Positions 1-10,176 of a stretch of DNA of 20,197 nt are shown in pieces. Under the pieces are notes generated by a model that was given only the letters and a program-made list of their open reading frames with translations, ran no database searches and was not told the origin of the DNA. The stretch comes from a virus (taxonomy: Duplodnaviria; Heunggongvirae; Uroviricota; Caudoviricetes). Both the position numbers and the translations under genes were made by a program. The first letter of the stretch is position 1, and every line of letters starts with the position of its first letter. The stretch lies in the IMG/VR virus record IMGVR_UViG_2541047960_000002. One strand, written 5' to 3'.

Positions 1-75
1 CAGTTGAATAGTGCAGTTCTGTATTGGTTTTCCCGCACCATCTTTCAGCACACCTGAGATTTTTACTGCTGCCAT
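1..75 (-). CDS. stf: Side tail fiber protein Stf, N-terminal 25 codons only (gene runs off the left edge of the window)
   Basis: Minus-strand ATG at 75..73 preceded by GGAG; translation MAAVKISGVLKDGAGKPIQNCTIQL closely matches the recalled N-terminus of lambda Stf (MAVKISGVLKDGTGKPVQNCTIQL). Not in the ORF track because it is truncated. Confidence 0.7.
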   Translation of the reverse strand, partial: MAAVKISGVLKDGAGKPIQNCTIQL

Positions 76-84
76 ATCCACTCC

Positions 85-113
85 ACAAAAAAGCCCGCCT
101 GAACCGGCGGGCT
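85..113 (-). terminator. Rho-independent terminator downstream of lom
   Basis: Minus strand reads AGCCCGCC-ggttca-GGCGGGCT followed by TTTTTTGTGG: an 8-bp GC-rich stem, 6-nt loop and T-tract, 27 nt after the lom stop. Confidence 0.6.
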
Positions 114-139
114 GTCATAACACTGTGTTACCTGGCTAA

Positions 140-739
140 TCAGAACTTATAACCGACACCCACGATGAAACCGTCAGTGCGCCAGTCGCCACTACCGGAG
201 CCTTCATAAGCAATATCAATGGCCACGGATTCGGTCGGGTTAAACTGCACGCCAGCCCCCCACGCCAGAGACGTGTTGCTGTGGCGACCGTCATCACTTC
301 CGGTCAGCACATCGTGCGTTTTCCCCTTGTTGTCAGTTACGCGGAGATAATCCCCGGAGAACGTCGACACACGGCTGTAAGCCACACCTGCCATCGCATA
401 AGCACTGAACCATTCATTCACGCGTACAGATGGCCCCGCCATCACGCTGAACCAGCGGTTACGCTCGGAATCTTCATGCCAGCGGGTATCGCTGTAATGC
501 GTTTTTTGTTCATCTTCTGCGTCGGCATAACTGAAGGACGTAATCAGCCCCAGCGTGTCCGTAAATTCATAACGGTATTTCACGTTAATCCCGTTCAGAT
601 TATCGCTGCCGGGAGCGTTCGTACGGGCATGAAGATACCCCGCGCTCAGTGTGGACTGATGTTCAGACGCCCATGCAGGCGCACCGGATACGGACAGACA
701 GATGGCTGCGGACAAAATGGCTGCACATAATTTACGCAT
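140..739 (-). CDS. lom: Lom/Ail-family outer membrane beta-barrel protein (phage moron)
   Basis: 199-aa ORF with ATG start and a GAGG Shine-Dalgarno; signal-peptide-like N-terminus (MRKLCAAILSAAICLSVSGAPAWA), C-terminal aromatic residue (GYKF), and the lambda position between J and stf. Confidence 0.88.
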   Translation of the reverse strand: MRKLCAAILSAAICLSVSGAPAWASEHQSTLSAGYLHARTNAPGSDNLNGINVKYRYEFTDTLGLITSFSYADAEDEQKTHYSDTRWHEDSERNRWFSVMAGPSVRVNEWFSAYAMAGVAYSRVSTFSGDYLRVTDNKGKTHDVLTGSDDGRHSNTSLAWGAGVQFNPTESVAIDIAYEGSGSGDWRTDGFIVGVGYKF

Positions 740-761
740 AATTACCTCTCGCTTTTCTGCA

Positions 762-787
762 ATAAAAAAGGCGCCATTTCTGGCGCC
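762..787 (-). terminator. Rho-independent terminator between J and lom
   Basis: Minus strand reads GGCGCCA-gaaa-TGGCGCC followed by TTTTTTATT: a perfect 7-bp stem, 4-nt loop and T-tract immediately after the J stop. Confidence 0.6.
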
Positions 788-806
788 CGTATTGGGGTTA
801 TAAAAT

Positions 807-3800
807 TCAGCTGATACTGATGCCTGCGGTGGCTTTCTTCATCACAACAACCAGCAAATCGCTGATACTTGCTGTGGGATACCAGCCATTTACCCACCAT
901 GCTGATACAGAAAACTCCAGCGTCATGTGGCCGCGACCAGCAGGCATATCAATAACACCACTGTAAACCAGCGTATTATCCATCGCGGTACGGTTATAAA
1001 TTTCAGCACCGTTTTTCTTCACTATCAGGCGGCATGACGAATAAGTATCGCTGTTCTCCCGCTCATGTCTGGCACCGCTGAAAGCCACCGCCGGAATAAC
1101 AATCTGCCGGTTAAACGGCTGATCGTCATAAACCCTGACGGTAATGGTTCCTGATGGCCAACGCTCCGGTGCACGGGAGTCACGGGGGAAAGCCTTACCC
1201 ACTGTTTTAACGAGATCGCCTTCAATCTGGTTTGCAGACAGTTTCCCTCTGATGACACAGTTCTCGTTAATGGTGACATTATTGAGCGTGCCGGTATTCG
1301 CCGTGATGGCTCCACTGATATCCGCATTGCGGGCTGTCAGCCTGCCATCCGGCGTCAGGGAAAACGTCGGAGGATTGCCGGATGACGTGATGCTCACCGC
1401 AAACAGTCGCTTCAGGAACACGTCGTTCATGAACAGCTGATTCCCCTGCGCCACAAACAGCGGCGTGGTGTTGCCGTTCTCCGGGGTAATCATCGCAATG
1501 CGATCGGCCTGCAGCAGAATGTTACTCAGGGTCTGACCATCAACATCCTCAATCCCCGCGCCAATCCCGGCCACATAGGGAATACCGTTTTTTGTTTTCT
1601 GCACCTTCAGCATATACATGGCATTCAGCTCATTGCGCGTGTCTGACTGAACCCGCTGGATTTGCTGTATGGTCACGGCCTGGTCACCCAGCTTTTTATC
1701 CGTGGTCGAGGTAATTTCACTCCCTTTTTTATCCACGTACTGGCGGACCTGTGCTATCTGTCGGGCGTTTTCTGACTGCCCCTGGCTGACAGTCTGTGAG
1801 ATTTCACTGCTCACCCGGTCCACTTTCTGGCTCACCTGCGCGATGGCCAGTGTCTGGTCCTCATTCTTTTTCGCAACCAGCTGCGTGAGGCTGTTTTCCG
1901 CCTCCCCGATTTTCCGGGTCACTTCTGCGATATCCGTGTCCATCCGCTGACGGATGTCTTCTTCCAGTTGCGTGACCTCCGTACGCAGCGCTGAAGCATC
2001 AATGCGCTCTTTCAGTGCCTGGCCCAGAAGCGTCTCATCTATCAGCCCCCGGAAAATTTCCAGATACCCTTCACCATCATTGCTGGGCTGCCCGCTGGCT
2101 TCCACAAAAGCAGATTTTCCCACCAGGTTGACGCTTCGCACGTAAAACCAGAAATCCGTCCCGGGCTTAATCCGGCTCCCCTGGACAGTCCACTGACTGC
2201 CGGTCCCCAGATAACGGGCAGATTTTTCCACCTGTGCTGTGTTCGTGATGCGTTTTTCTGAGAACCAGAATTCAAACTGTACCGTCGGGTCATACACCGC
2301 AAGACGCGGGACCGCCGTTATCTGAAAATACCCCGGCGTCAGCTCAATCCGCGACGGCGCTGCCGGTGCGGCAATCCGGAACGATACCGACGCCGGATCG
2401 CCCTGCTGTCCCCGGGCATTTACCGCCCGGACCGTCAGCGTGTAACGCCCCAGCGCCAGCTGCCTGAAGCGGTAAGTGGTTTCCGCCGTCCGGGCCGTGC
2501 TGACCAGCCGCTCACTGCCGTCATCCGCTGTTACGGTCAGACGGAGCAGGAAGCTCACGCCCTTCACCACCTTCGGCGTGTCCCAGCGCGCCAGCACCTG
2601 ATATTCCCCGCTGTCTGCGGTGACTTCGGCGGTCAGGTGCTGCACCGCTGGCGGCGTGACACCATTCACCGTGCCGCTCTGGTCGCCGTCAAAGTGCGCT
2701 CCGTTATCCACGATGGCCTCTTTTTCCGGTACATGCTGCACGGCGGTGATGGCATACGCACCGTCATCGTTCTCCCGGATACTCACACAGCGGAACAGGC
2801 GCTGGCGCAGCGTCGGCAGCTTCAGCCCCCACACGCTGTACTCGGCAACGCCGTCAGGAACCCGGCTCACTTTCACCTTCACGCCGTCGGTGACGGACTG
2901 GACCTCCACGCTGACCGGATTCCCCTGTCCGTCAACCAGGCTTATCAGCGTGGTGCCGGAGGATGGCAGCGTGATTTCACGGTCGAGCGTCAGTGTCCGC
3001 GTCTGGCTGTTCACCGCCAGCACGCGACCACCGGTGCTGATACCGGCATAGTCATCATCGCAGATTTCAATAACATCGCCCGGCACATGGCGAAGCCCTT
3101 CTGCGCCCACGCTGAAATCCACGGTCTGCGTTTCCAGCAGTTCCGTTTTAATCAGCCACAGCCCGGCGCGGTGTGCCTGCCCCCGGCTGGTACAGCCAAA
3201 GGCATCCATCTTCGTGACATTATGACCGTAACGGGCAATGGCCTGCGTGTCCTCCACAAGCTCTGTCGCCGTCTCCCAGCCGTTGTCCGGGTCAATCCAG
3301 TTCACCTCAACGGCATTATGGCGGTCCTTCAGGGCGCTGAAGCTGTAGCGGAACGGCGCGCCATCATCCGGCATCACCACATTACTGCGGTTATAGGTCC
3401 ACACCTTATCCGACTGTCGGTCCTGCACGAACGTCAGCGTCTGCCCGTTCCATACCGGCATACAGCGCATCGCCGAGCAGAAATCACTGAGCACATCCCA
3501 CGCCTTGCGCTGCGTGGTCATGTACGCATTACAGGTGATGCGCGGCTCCGTGCCACCAAAGCCATCCGGCACCGACTGGTCGCAGTACTGGCCGATGACA
3601 TACAGCGCCCATTTGTCCACATCCGCCGCACCAAGACGTTTCCCCATGCCGTAGCGCGGGTGGGTCAGCATATCCCACAGACACCAGGCCATGTTGTTGC
3701 TGTATGCTGGTTTTAACGTTCCGTCCCAGATACCGCTGTATTGCCGCGTCTGCGGGTTATAATTCGACGGCACCTGCAGAATACGCCCGCGAAGATGATA

Positions 3801-4505
3801 ATTACGGCTCACCTGCTGACTGCCGAACTGCTCCGAGTCCACCTGAACGCCGACCAGTGCCGTGTTCGGGTAGCACTGTTTCACATCGATGATCTCGGTG
3901 TATGACGACCAGAGCGTTTTGTTCTGCAGCTGGTCTGTGGTGCTGTCCGGCGTCATCCTGCGCATCCGGATATTAAACGGGCGCGGCGGCAGGCTCCCCA
4001 CCACCACCGAGGCCAGATACTGCGAGGTGGTTTTGCCCTTAATGGTGATGTCTTTTTCCGTCACCCAGCCACCGTTACGTTGTATCTGAACCAGCAGACG
4101 GACTTCCGACGGATTCCTGTCACCCTTTGAGGTGGTTTCCACCAGTGCCTGTACACCGAAGGTAAAGCGCAGACGGTCGATGTTTGCAGACGTAATGGTG
4201 CGGGTGATCGGCGTGTCATATTTCACTTCCGTACCCAGCACCGTCTCGGAGCCGGAGGATTCAAACCCCTCCGGCGGTGTCTGCTCCTGCTCACCGGCAC
4301 GGAACACCACCGTGACACCGGAGATGTTGGTATTCCCCTCAGTGTCCAGCACCGGCGTACTGTTCAGCAGCACGCTTTTTAATCCATCCACCGGACCTTC
4401 AACCGGCCCTTCGCTGATGGCATCGATCACACTCAGCAACTGCGTGGACTTCAGGTTGTCCTTCGCTTCGCGCGGGGTATGCCCCTTACTGCTTCCTTTA
4501 CCCAT
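807..4505 (-). CDS. J: Host specificity / central tail fiber protein J (lambda J family, 1232 aa)
   Basis: N-terminus [34 protein letters not shown] is near-identical to recalled lambda J and similarity continues through most of the protein; GGAG Shine-Dalgarno upstream of the ATG. Confidence 0.95.
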   Translation of the reverse strand: MGKGSSKGHTPREAKDNLKSTQLLSVIDAISEGPVEGPVDGLKSVLLNSTPVLDTEGNTNISGVTVVFRAGEQEQTPPEGFESSGSETVLGTEVKYDTPITRTITSANIDRLRFTFGVQALVETTSKGDRNPSEVRLLVQIQRNGGWVTEKDITIKGKTTSQYLASVVVGSLPPRPFNIRMRRMTPDSTTDQLQNKTLWSSYTEIIDVKQCYPNTALVGVQVDSEQFGSQQVSRNYHLRGRILQVPSNYNPQTRQYSGIWDGTLKPAYSNNMAWCLWDMLTHPRYGMGKRLGAADVDKWALYVIGQYCDQSVPDGFGGTEPRITCNAYMTTQRKAWDVLSDFCSAMRCMPVWNGQTLTFVQDRQSDKVWTYNRSNVVMPDDGAPFRYSFSALKDRHNAVEVNWIDPDNGWETATELVEDTQAIARYGHNVTKMDAFGCTSRGQAHRAGLWLIKTELLETQTVDFSVGAEGLRHVPGDVIEICDDDYAGISTGGRVLAVNSQTRTLTLDREITLPSSGTTLISLVDGQGNPVSVEVQSVTDGVKVKVSRVPDGVAEYSVWGLKLPTLRQRLFRCVSIRENDDGAYAITAVQHVPEKEAIVDNGAHFDGDQSGTVNGVTPPAVQHLTAEVTADSGEYQVLARWDTPKVVKGVSFLLRLTVTADDGSERLVSTARTAETTYRFRQLALGRYTLTVRAVNARGQQGDPASVSFRIAAPAAPSRIELTPGYFQITAVPRLAVYDPTVQFEFWFSEKRITNTAQVEKSARYLGTGSQWTVQGSRIKPGTDFWFYVRSVNLVGKSAFVEASGQPSNDGEGYLEIFRGLIDETLLGQALKERIDASALRTEVTQLEEDIRQRMDTDIAEVTRKIGEAENSLTQLVAKKNEDQTLAIAQVSQKVDRVSSEISQTVSQGQSENARQIAQVRQYVDKKGSEITSTTDKKLGDQAVTIQQIQRVQSDTRNELNAMYMLKVQKTKNGIPYVAGIGAGIEDVDGQTLSNILLQADRIAMITPENGNTTPLFVAQGNQLFMNDVFLKRLFAVSITSSGNPPTFSLTPDGRLTARNADISGAITANTGTLNNVTINENCVIRGKLSANQIEGDLVKTVGKAFPRDSRAPERWPSGTITVRVYDDQPFNRQIVIPAVAFSGARHERENSDTYSSCRLIVKKNGAEIYNRTAMDNTLVYSGVIDMPAGRGHMTLEFSVSAWWVNGWYPTASISDLLVVVMKKATAGISIS

Positions 4506-4565
4506 TCCTCACGCTCCATAAACGACAAAACCGCCAGCAGGCGGTTTCACATAAAACATTTTGCA

Positions 4566-5213
4566 TCAGCGACCAATCACCACAACCTGACCACCGTCAC
4601 CTTCGTCTGCCGTGCTGATCTCCTGAGATACCACCCGCGACCCCACACGCATTTCACCGTACAGAACAGGCAAAACATTGCCCTGAGCAACCATGTTATC
4701 CAGTGACGAGAAATAGGTGTTCTGCTTACCGTTATCCGTGCTGGTCGCTGTGGGCGTCCGGGCTTTCGGTGCCAGCATCTGGGCCACACCGCCCAGGATC
4801 ATACTGGCTCCTGCCGCATACATGCCCGATAAAGCCGCAGCACCCAGCCAGCCTGCAGGGTTCCACCATGCCACCGCAATCAGCGCCGCCCCCAGCACAG
4901 CCTGAAATACGCCGCCACTTTTAGCCCCCGCCAGGCGCGGTACGATGTGGATCACGGCACCATTTGCCAGCGGCTCATTAAGACGGGCAGATAATTCGTT
5001 TTCGCCTGCATCACGCCCGGCAATACGCACCTGATACCAGCCGTCGCTCAGTTTCTGACGAAACGCCGGGAGCTGTGTGGCCAGTGCCCGGATGGCTTCA
5101 GCCCCCGTTTTCACACGAAGGTCGATACGGCGGCCAAATCGTTGTAAATCCCCGTAAAGGCAGATGCGCGCCATGCCCGGTGACGCCAGAGGGAGTGTGT
5201 GCGTCGCTGCCAT
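4566..5213 (-). CDS. I: Tail assembly protein I
   Basis: MAATHTLPLASPGMARICLYGDLQRFGRRIDL matches the recalled lambda gpI N-terminus; ATG start; overlaps the 3' end of K as in lambda. Confidence 0.9.
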   Translation of the reverse strand: MAATHTLPLASPGMARICLYGDLQRFGRRIDLRVKTGAEAIRALATQLPAFRQKLSDGWYQVRIAGRDAGENELSARLNEPLANGAVIHIVPRLAGAKSGGVFQAVLGAALIAVAWWNPAGWLGAAALSGMYAAGASMILGGVAQMLAPKARTPTATSTDNGKQNTYFSSLDNMVAQGNVLPVLYGEMRVGSRVVSQEISTADEGDGGQVVVIGR

Positions 5214-5854
5214 TTGTCGGTATACCTCTCTCGTTTGCTCAGTTGTTCAGGAATATGGTGCAGCAGCTCGCCGTCACCACAGTAAATGGCGGCGTGATTC
5301 GGCACCGATGAACCAAAACAGCACAGCAGCACATCGCCCGGCTGCGCCGCTGACAACGGCACCTGATACAGCCCCGTTGCCTCCAGATTATCCAGATAGA
5401 GATTCTGACCGTGACGCCACCAGTCATCCTCACGATGAAAATCCGGCATCTCAATCCCCGCCAGATGGTATGCATCCCGGAACAGCGTGTAACAGTCCGT
5501 CACCCCGTGCTCAAAGCGCCGCCCGGTAAGATGTGGCACACAGCGGAACTTGTGAATCGCCCCGCGGCAGACCAGCCACCACGGCAAATCACTCTGCACC
5601 TGCAGCCGCCGATCGGCCTCACTCAGCCAGGGCAGACCACCGGGGTGACTGTGGACCAGCGCCACAATCTCACCCTGCATTTCTGCCCGCAGCCAGTCCT
5701 CCGGAGCCATCCGGAAATACGCCTCCGGCTCACCGGAGATATTCACGCAGGGAAAATATCTTTCCCCTTCCGGCGTTCTCACCACGAAGCCGCACGACTC
5801 CGCTGGCGCACATCGCCGGGCGTGCGCCAGAATCGCTGATTCTGTCTGTGTCAT
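5111..5854 (-). CDS. K: Tail assembly protein K (called by similarity to lambda gpK; the JAB/MPN plus NlpC/P60 two-domain description is recalled family knowledge)
   Basis: Start placed at the internal ATG (MTQTESAILAHARRCAPAESCGFVV) that matches the recalled lambda K start and lies 4 nt after the L stop; the track ORF extends 14 codons further upstream into L. Confidence 0.88.
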   Translation of the reverse strand: MTQTESAILAHARRCAPAESCGFVVRTPEGERYFPCVNISGEPEAYFRMAPEDWLRAEMQGEIVALVHSHPGGLPWLSEADRRLQVQSDLPWWLVCRGAIHKFRCVPHLTGRRFEHGVTDCYTLFRDAYHLAGIEMPDFHREDDWWRHGQNLYLDNLEATGLYQVPLSAAQPGDVLLCCFGSSVPNHAAIYCGDGELLHHIPEQLSKRERYTDKWQRRTHSLWRHRAWRASAFTGIYNDLAAVSTFV

Positions 5855-5858
5855 GGGA

Positions 5859-6557
5859 TTACTGCGAAAGTTTGTTAATGGAAAGGAAGCCGCCAAAGTT
5901 GCCGACGTTATTGCGAAACTTACAGCCGCTCAGGCATTTGCTGCATTTATCCTTCGTGATATCGGACGTCGGCTGGTCATATTCATCCGCGACCGCCGGA
6001 CCGCTATAACCGCACTCATCACCGCGATAGGTCCAGGTGCAGGTGTTGGCCAGCATGATGCGCCCCGGAAAAACAGCACCATCCGTTTCCGTCGGCGTGG
6101 ACAGTACAAAAGAGGCACTCACCGCGCTCAGTTCGCTGCACTGCTCGATGCGCCAGCGGCTGATCACCTCCTGCTCTGGATCGGCTTCGCTGTTTCCGTT
6201 GACGAAGTTCACCACATCCAGAAAACGGGCGTAAACCTTACGCCTGACCACCGTTCCGCCGACCAGACTCTGCAGGTCTTCCGCCATCCCGGTGACCATG
6301 CCGTGCAGATTAGAGACTTTCAGCGTTGGCCTTGCACTGGCTCCTTTGCCGTTCATCTCAAATCCACTTCCCTGAATGGGATAGGCCTGATACTGCCGCC
6401 CCTGCCAGGTGACTGGTTCACCTTTTTCGTTCTGCTCATTACAGAAGAAATAACGATCTCCGCCGACCTCTGTCAGATCAATTTCCCAGAGCACGACCAG
6501 CGCGGATTGCTCCGTTTTAGTGCACTCATTGAGTGTTTCCTGCTGTATATCCTGCAT
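5859..6557 (-). CDS. L: Minor tail protein L (tail tip; Cys-rich C-terminus)
   Basis: 232 aa, the same length as lambda gpL; C-terminal cysteine cluster (CTWTYRGDECGY ... KCSKCLSGCKF); its ATG overlaps the M stop by 1 nt (TGATG). Confidence 0.9.
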   Translation of the reverse strand: MQDIQQETLNECTKTEQSALVVLWEIDLTEVGGDRYFFCNEQNEKGEPVTWQGRQYQAYPIQGSGFEMNGKGASARPTLKVSNLHGMVTGMAEDLQSLVGGTVVRRKVYARFLDVVNFVNGNSEADPEQEVISRWRIEQCSELSAVSASFVLSTPTETDGAVFPGRIMLANTCTWTYRGDECGYSGPAVADEYDQPTSDITKDKCSKCLSGCKFRNNVGNFGGFLSINKLSQ

Positions 6558-6898
6558 CAGTGAGTGACCTCTTCAAAGGTACAGTTAAAATCGGTATACA
6601 TGGCATTATCCGAAATGCTCCACTCCCTGCAGACAACCCGGACAGTCCTGTTGTGTTTTGGCGGACGCCACAAAAAAGCACGAACCCCGGCATGACGGGA
6701 TAAAAAACTGTCCAGCGCGGCACGGGAATATTCATCCGTGACACGAAATACCGGTTTAAACGTTTTCAGATCTGCATTCAGACCACCAGCCCGTCGCTGT
6801 TCATATCCGTCACCGAACTTTACCGTAATAACAGATGGCTTTCGTGTCGTCTCCATCCCCTCGCGGGGGATCCAGTTAAAAACTTCAGACTCAGGCAC
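6557..6898 (-). CDS. M: Minor tail protein M
   Basis: Contains the lambda gpM-like motif FGDGYEQRRAGGLNADLKTF; start assigned to a GTG preceded by GGAGG at about 8 nt spacing and overlapping the tape measure stop. An internal ATG at 6856 is the alternative start. Confidence 0.8.
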   Translation of the reverse strand: MPESEVFNWIPREGMETTRKPSVITVKFGDGYEQRRAGGLNADLKTFKPVFRVTDEYSRAALDSFLSRHAGVRAFLWRPPKHNRTVRVVCREWSISDNAMYTDFNCTFEEVTH

Positions 6899-9800
6899 TG
6901 CATAATCCTCCGTCCCGACGTGATGACTGCATAATTGACACAACCCTGCTGTCGATCAGATCCACCAGTCCCCTGGCTGAGCGCGCATCTATCTCGCCAT
7001 TGCTCCCTTGATTCTGAATGCTGATGTGATACACGGGAGAATAAACAAATCCACCGCCACCATTCACATTTCCAATGGCCCTGACCCCAAGAGAGCCGTC
7101 CGCTGCCCGTGTCAGTGGCATGATTGCTTCAGGCCCGGCCTCGCCCATCAGCCCGGCACCTTTCGCAAAAGCAAAATACGTCGGGGTATCCACAATGGTG
7201 TTACTGTAAGCACTCAGATTTGCCGATGTATAAACACCACCTTTTGCGTTTGCCACTGCACCGGAAAGCCAGTCGCCGACTGTACCAAGCCATCCTCCGG
7301 CACCGGACATGCTTTTGGAAAGTGACTTCAGCCCGTTAACGATGGCAGCGTTCATCAGAATTTTTGAAACTTCCTGGAGAATTGAACTCCCCCAGTTTCT
7401 CCAGTCCACAACATTTCCGGCCAGTGCATCGGAAATATTTGATACCAGCCCGTCCATAGTGGAAACGACAGCATCTGCCGCCTGCGAAGCATAATCGGTG
7501 GCACTGTCTGCCCAGTTCGTCAGTCCCTCCTGGAGTCCGGCATTCCAGTTACTGCGTAAAGCATCAGCCTTTGCATAATAATCCTGCTGATCGCTGAGAC
7601 GCTCTTCCAGATATTTTTCATTCAGAGATTTTTCCTGTTTCCACAGGGCTTCTTCAATTTCTCCGGCCTGATACTGTCTCAGTAGCTCGTTATTTTTCTG
7701 CTCAAACTCCTGCCGGATGCTCCACATTTCCTGAAGTCGTTCACGCATCCGTGAGCCTTCACCATATCCCAGTAACTGAGCCTCATTTGATGCTCTGACA
7801 CTGGCATTACTGTCCGCCAGACTGCTCTCATACGCAGCAAGCTGCTCACGAATCTTTTTCTGGTCGATGAGTGCTGCATTCTGCAAAAGCGTTTTTTTCT
7901 GCGCTTCTGACAGGGTTGATAATTCGCCCTGGCTGACCTGATATTTCATCTTAGCCAGTTCAGTATTCTGCCCTGCCAGTGCTATTTGCTCTTTTTGCTG
8001 TTTAATCAGTTGCTTATAAGTATCTTCTATTTTTTCCGCTTCGGTCTTTTTATGCGCTTTGGGTTTATTTGCCTGGTTATTTCGCCATGCATCCAGTGAG
8101 TTATTTATATAATTCAGTCTTGCTGTCTGATACGCCTCTCCCACAAAGCCGAGATCATCCGCAGCATAACCCAGGCGGGCACGCTCACGAGCTTCCCCCT
8201 TCAGGCGGGACAGAGCCAGTTCGCGCTCGCTGTTATTCAGTGCGGTCTGCTGTTTATCATCCAGGGTTGCCTGTGGTAGCCGTAACGGTACATTCACCAG
8301 CCCCTGTCGCTGCTGAAGTAATTCATTACCGAGCCCGAGAAGGCGATTAAACTCGGTATGCTGCCCATTCATGATCAACAGGGACTGATACGCTTTGTTT
8401 TGTTCCGCTGCCTGTTGACGGATCAACGCCACCCGTCGCTCCTCCAGCCCGGCAAGCACATCCTGAATGGATTGCGCTTTGCCCTGCATTTGAGTGAGGC
8501 GAGACTGTTCAACTGCCAGTTGATTTGTTGCTTCTGCAAGCCCTTCTGTGACAGTTTTTACCGACGTCATGTGGTTAATCATAAAACCGTTATCGGTTGT
8601 CCAGCCCGGGTTTGCCAGCACATACTGATAGCCAGCAATTTTTTCCTGTAAGGATTTAATCTTACTTTTCTGCTCGTCAATTAACCTGTTTTGCTCCTTC
8701 AGTGCCTGTCGCGTCTTTTCCTCATTATCTGACGCTTCAGGAAGCGACATTGCCGACGTTTTCTGGCGAATTTCGTCGATTGTTGCGGCATACTGTCGTG
8801 CAGATTCTCTGGCCTGCTCCTGATTCTGATACATCGTGTACCAGGCCGCAGCCCCCAGCATGACGAGTCCCGGCACACCACCAACCAGCCCCAGCGCGCC
8901 ACTTAATAAACGACTCCCCACTGACGTAACATTATTCAGCGTTGTCTGTGCCGCTGTTCTGGCCGCAATATTACGGGTAAGTGACACCTGGGCAGCTGTC
9001 AGCTTCGCTTCTGCTGCGGCCTGCCTTTCGGTACCGCGAGCAGCAACAACCGCCTGTTGCGCACGATAAACCGCCGCACGCGCCCTGGCGGTTGCTATCT
9101 GTGTCCCCCGAAGTTGCACTTCAGCAAGAGCCACTTCGTTTCTGGCTGCAGTAATTAATCCGGCAGTTGCAGATCCAGCAGACGACGCCATATTGCCAAA
9201 ATATCGGGCTACCCCGACGGCAACCAGAGCACCAGCAGCGGTTGCCACGGTGTCAATATTGCCTGCAATACCATTCAGCACACCGGAGAGCGTCTTCGTC
9301 ACTCCGCTTGCCTCGTTCGCACCACCAACCCAGGCCATAAAGGCGTTTTCAACTTTGGTTGCAGAGGATGAAACCGTATCAGGCATTGCTGCATATTCAT
9401 CACGCAACGCCCCAAGCTGACTAATCAGTGCAGGAACAACCTTATCAGCGGTCAGTTTTCCGTTATCCGCCATGGCCTTCAGATCCTTACGGGCAACCCC
9501 CATTCCCGCAGCCAGCGCACGAATAACACGATCGCCGTTCTCATTCACCGAGTTAAACTCTTCACCGCGCAGCACTCCCTGCGCCAGTGCCTGACTGAAC
9601 TGCGTGATCACCGAACTGGCTTCTGCTGTACTGGCACCGGATAATTTCAGGCCCGTGGAGATCGCCTCGGTGACTTTCAGTACCTCCTCAGAACTGTAAC
9701 CATACTCCCGCATGGAAGCTGCAGAACGGGCAAAAAGGCTGGCGTTATCAGAAAACGCCGTCCCCGTTCTCTGGCTGATCGCCATTAATTCACGCTGTGA

Positions 9801-10136
9801 TGACTGAAAATCATCACTGGACTGTGAGGCCTGCTTCAGACGGGCATTTACTGAATTCCACTCATCGGCGAGAGAAATAAGATGACCGGTAGCAAAAGCC
9901 CCGGCAAATGCCCCCGCCATGTTCAGTGCCGAAGATTTAGCTGTATTTATCTGATCCGTCACTTCTGCCAGTGCACGCCGCATTTCACGGGATGCAGCAG
10001 CGGACTGTCGGCCTCCGTTCTGCATGGTACGGTAGTAATCCTGCCCCATACGCGAAGCCCGGGAGATCTCTGACTGGAATGACCGGGAATTTGCCGAGAT
10101 TTTAATAATCAGTTCACGTAATGTCGCCACACTCAT
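6891..10136 (-). CDS. Tail tape measure protein (lambda H analogue, 1081 aa)
   Basis: Very long Ala/Gln-rich ORF with extensive predicted helical and coiled-coil sequence, located between the G/GT chaperone genes and M; ATG start with GGAG. Confidence 0.92.
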   Translation of the reverse strand: MSVATLRELIIKISANSRSFQSEISRASRMGQDYYRTMQNGGRQSAAASREMRRALAEVTDQINTAKSSALNMAGAFAGAFATGHLISLADEWNSVNARLKQASQSSDDFQSSQRELMAISQRTGTAFSDNASLFARSAASMREYGYSSEEVLKVTEAISTGLKLSGASTAEASSVITQFSQALAQGVLRGEEFNSVNENGDRVIRALAAGMGVARKDLKAMADNGKLTADKVVPALISQLGALRDEYAAMPDTVSSSATKVENAFMAWVGGANEASGVTKTLSGVLNGIAGNIDTVATAAGALVAVGVARYFGNMASSAGSATAGLITAARNEVALAEVQLRGTQIATARARAAVYRAQQAVVAARGTERQAAAEAKLTAAQVSLTRNIAARTAAQTTLNNVTSVGSRLLSGALGLVGGVPGLVMLGAAAWYTMYQNQEQARESARQYAATIDEIRQKTSAMSLPEASDNEEKTRQALKEQNRLIDEQKSKIKSLQEKIAGYQYVLANPGWTTDNGFMINHMTSVKTVTEGLAEATNQLAVEQSRLTQMQGKAQSIQDVLAGLEERRVALIRQQAAEQNKAYQSLLIMNGQHTEFNRLLGLGNELLQQRQGLVNVPLRLPQATLDDKQQTALNNSERELALSRLKGEARERARLGYAADDLGFVGEAYQTARLNYINNSLDAWRNNQANKPKAHKKTEAEKIEDTYKQLIKQQKEQIALAGQNTELAKMKYQVSQGELSTLSEAQKKTLLQNAALIDQKKIREQLAAYESSLADSNASVRASNEAQLLGYGEGSRMRERLQEMWSIRQEFEQKNNELLRQYQAGEIEEALWKQEKSLNEKYLEERLSDQQDYYAKADALRSNWNAGLQEGLTNWADSATDYASQAADAVVSTMDGLVSNISDALAGNVVDWRNWGSSILQEVSKILMNAAIVNGLKSLSKSMSGAGGWLGTVGDWLSGAVANAKGGVYTSANLSAYSNTIVDTPTYFAFAKGAGLMGEAGPEAIMPLTRAADGSLGVRAIGNVNGGGGFVYSPVYHISIQNQGSNGEIDARSARGLVDLIDSRVVSIMQSSRRDGGLCSA

Positions 10137-10144
10137 TCTCCGGA

Positions 10145-10168
10145 CGAAAAAAAACCGCCGAAGCGGTT
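10145..10168 (-). terminator. Rho-independent terminator between the GT chaperone and the tape measure gene
   Basis: Minus strand reads AACCGC-ttcg-GCGGTT followed by TTTTTTTT: a 6-bp stem with a UUCG tetraloop and T-tract, lying between the T stop (10177) and the tape measure Shine-Dalgarno and ATG. Confidence 0.55.
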
Positions 10169-10176
10169 ATGTTGAC

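Noticed and set aside
281-730. 149-aa plus-strand ORF
   Set aside because: Antisense to lom, which has clear family features and a strong ribosome-binding site; no independent support.
740-806. Possible sigma70 promoter for lom (TTGCAG ... TAAT-like elements on the minus strand)
   Set aside because: Spacing between the candidate -35 and -10 hexamers does not fit 16-18 bp; could not support a specific promoter call from sequence alone.
2637-3716. 359-aa plus-strand ORF
   Set aside because: Lies entirely antisense to the well-supported J gene; Arg/His/Ala-rich low-complexity translation typical of the antisense frame of a GC-rich coding region; no ribosome-binding site or homology recognised.
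5853-6563. 236-aa plus-strand ORF
   Set aside because: Antisense to the tail gene L, which matches lambda gpL in length and features; treated as an artifact.
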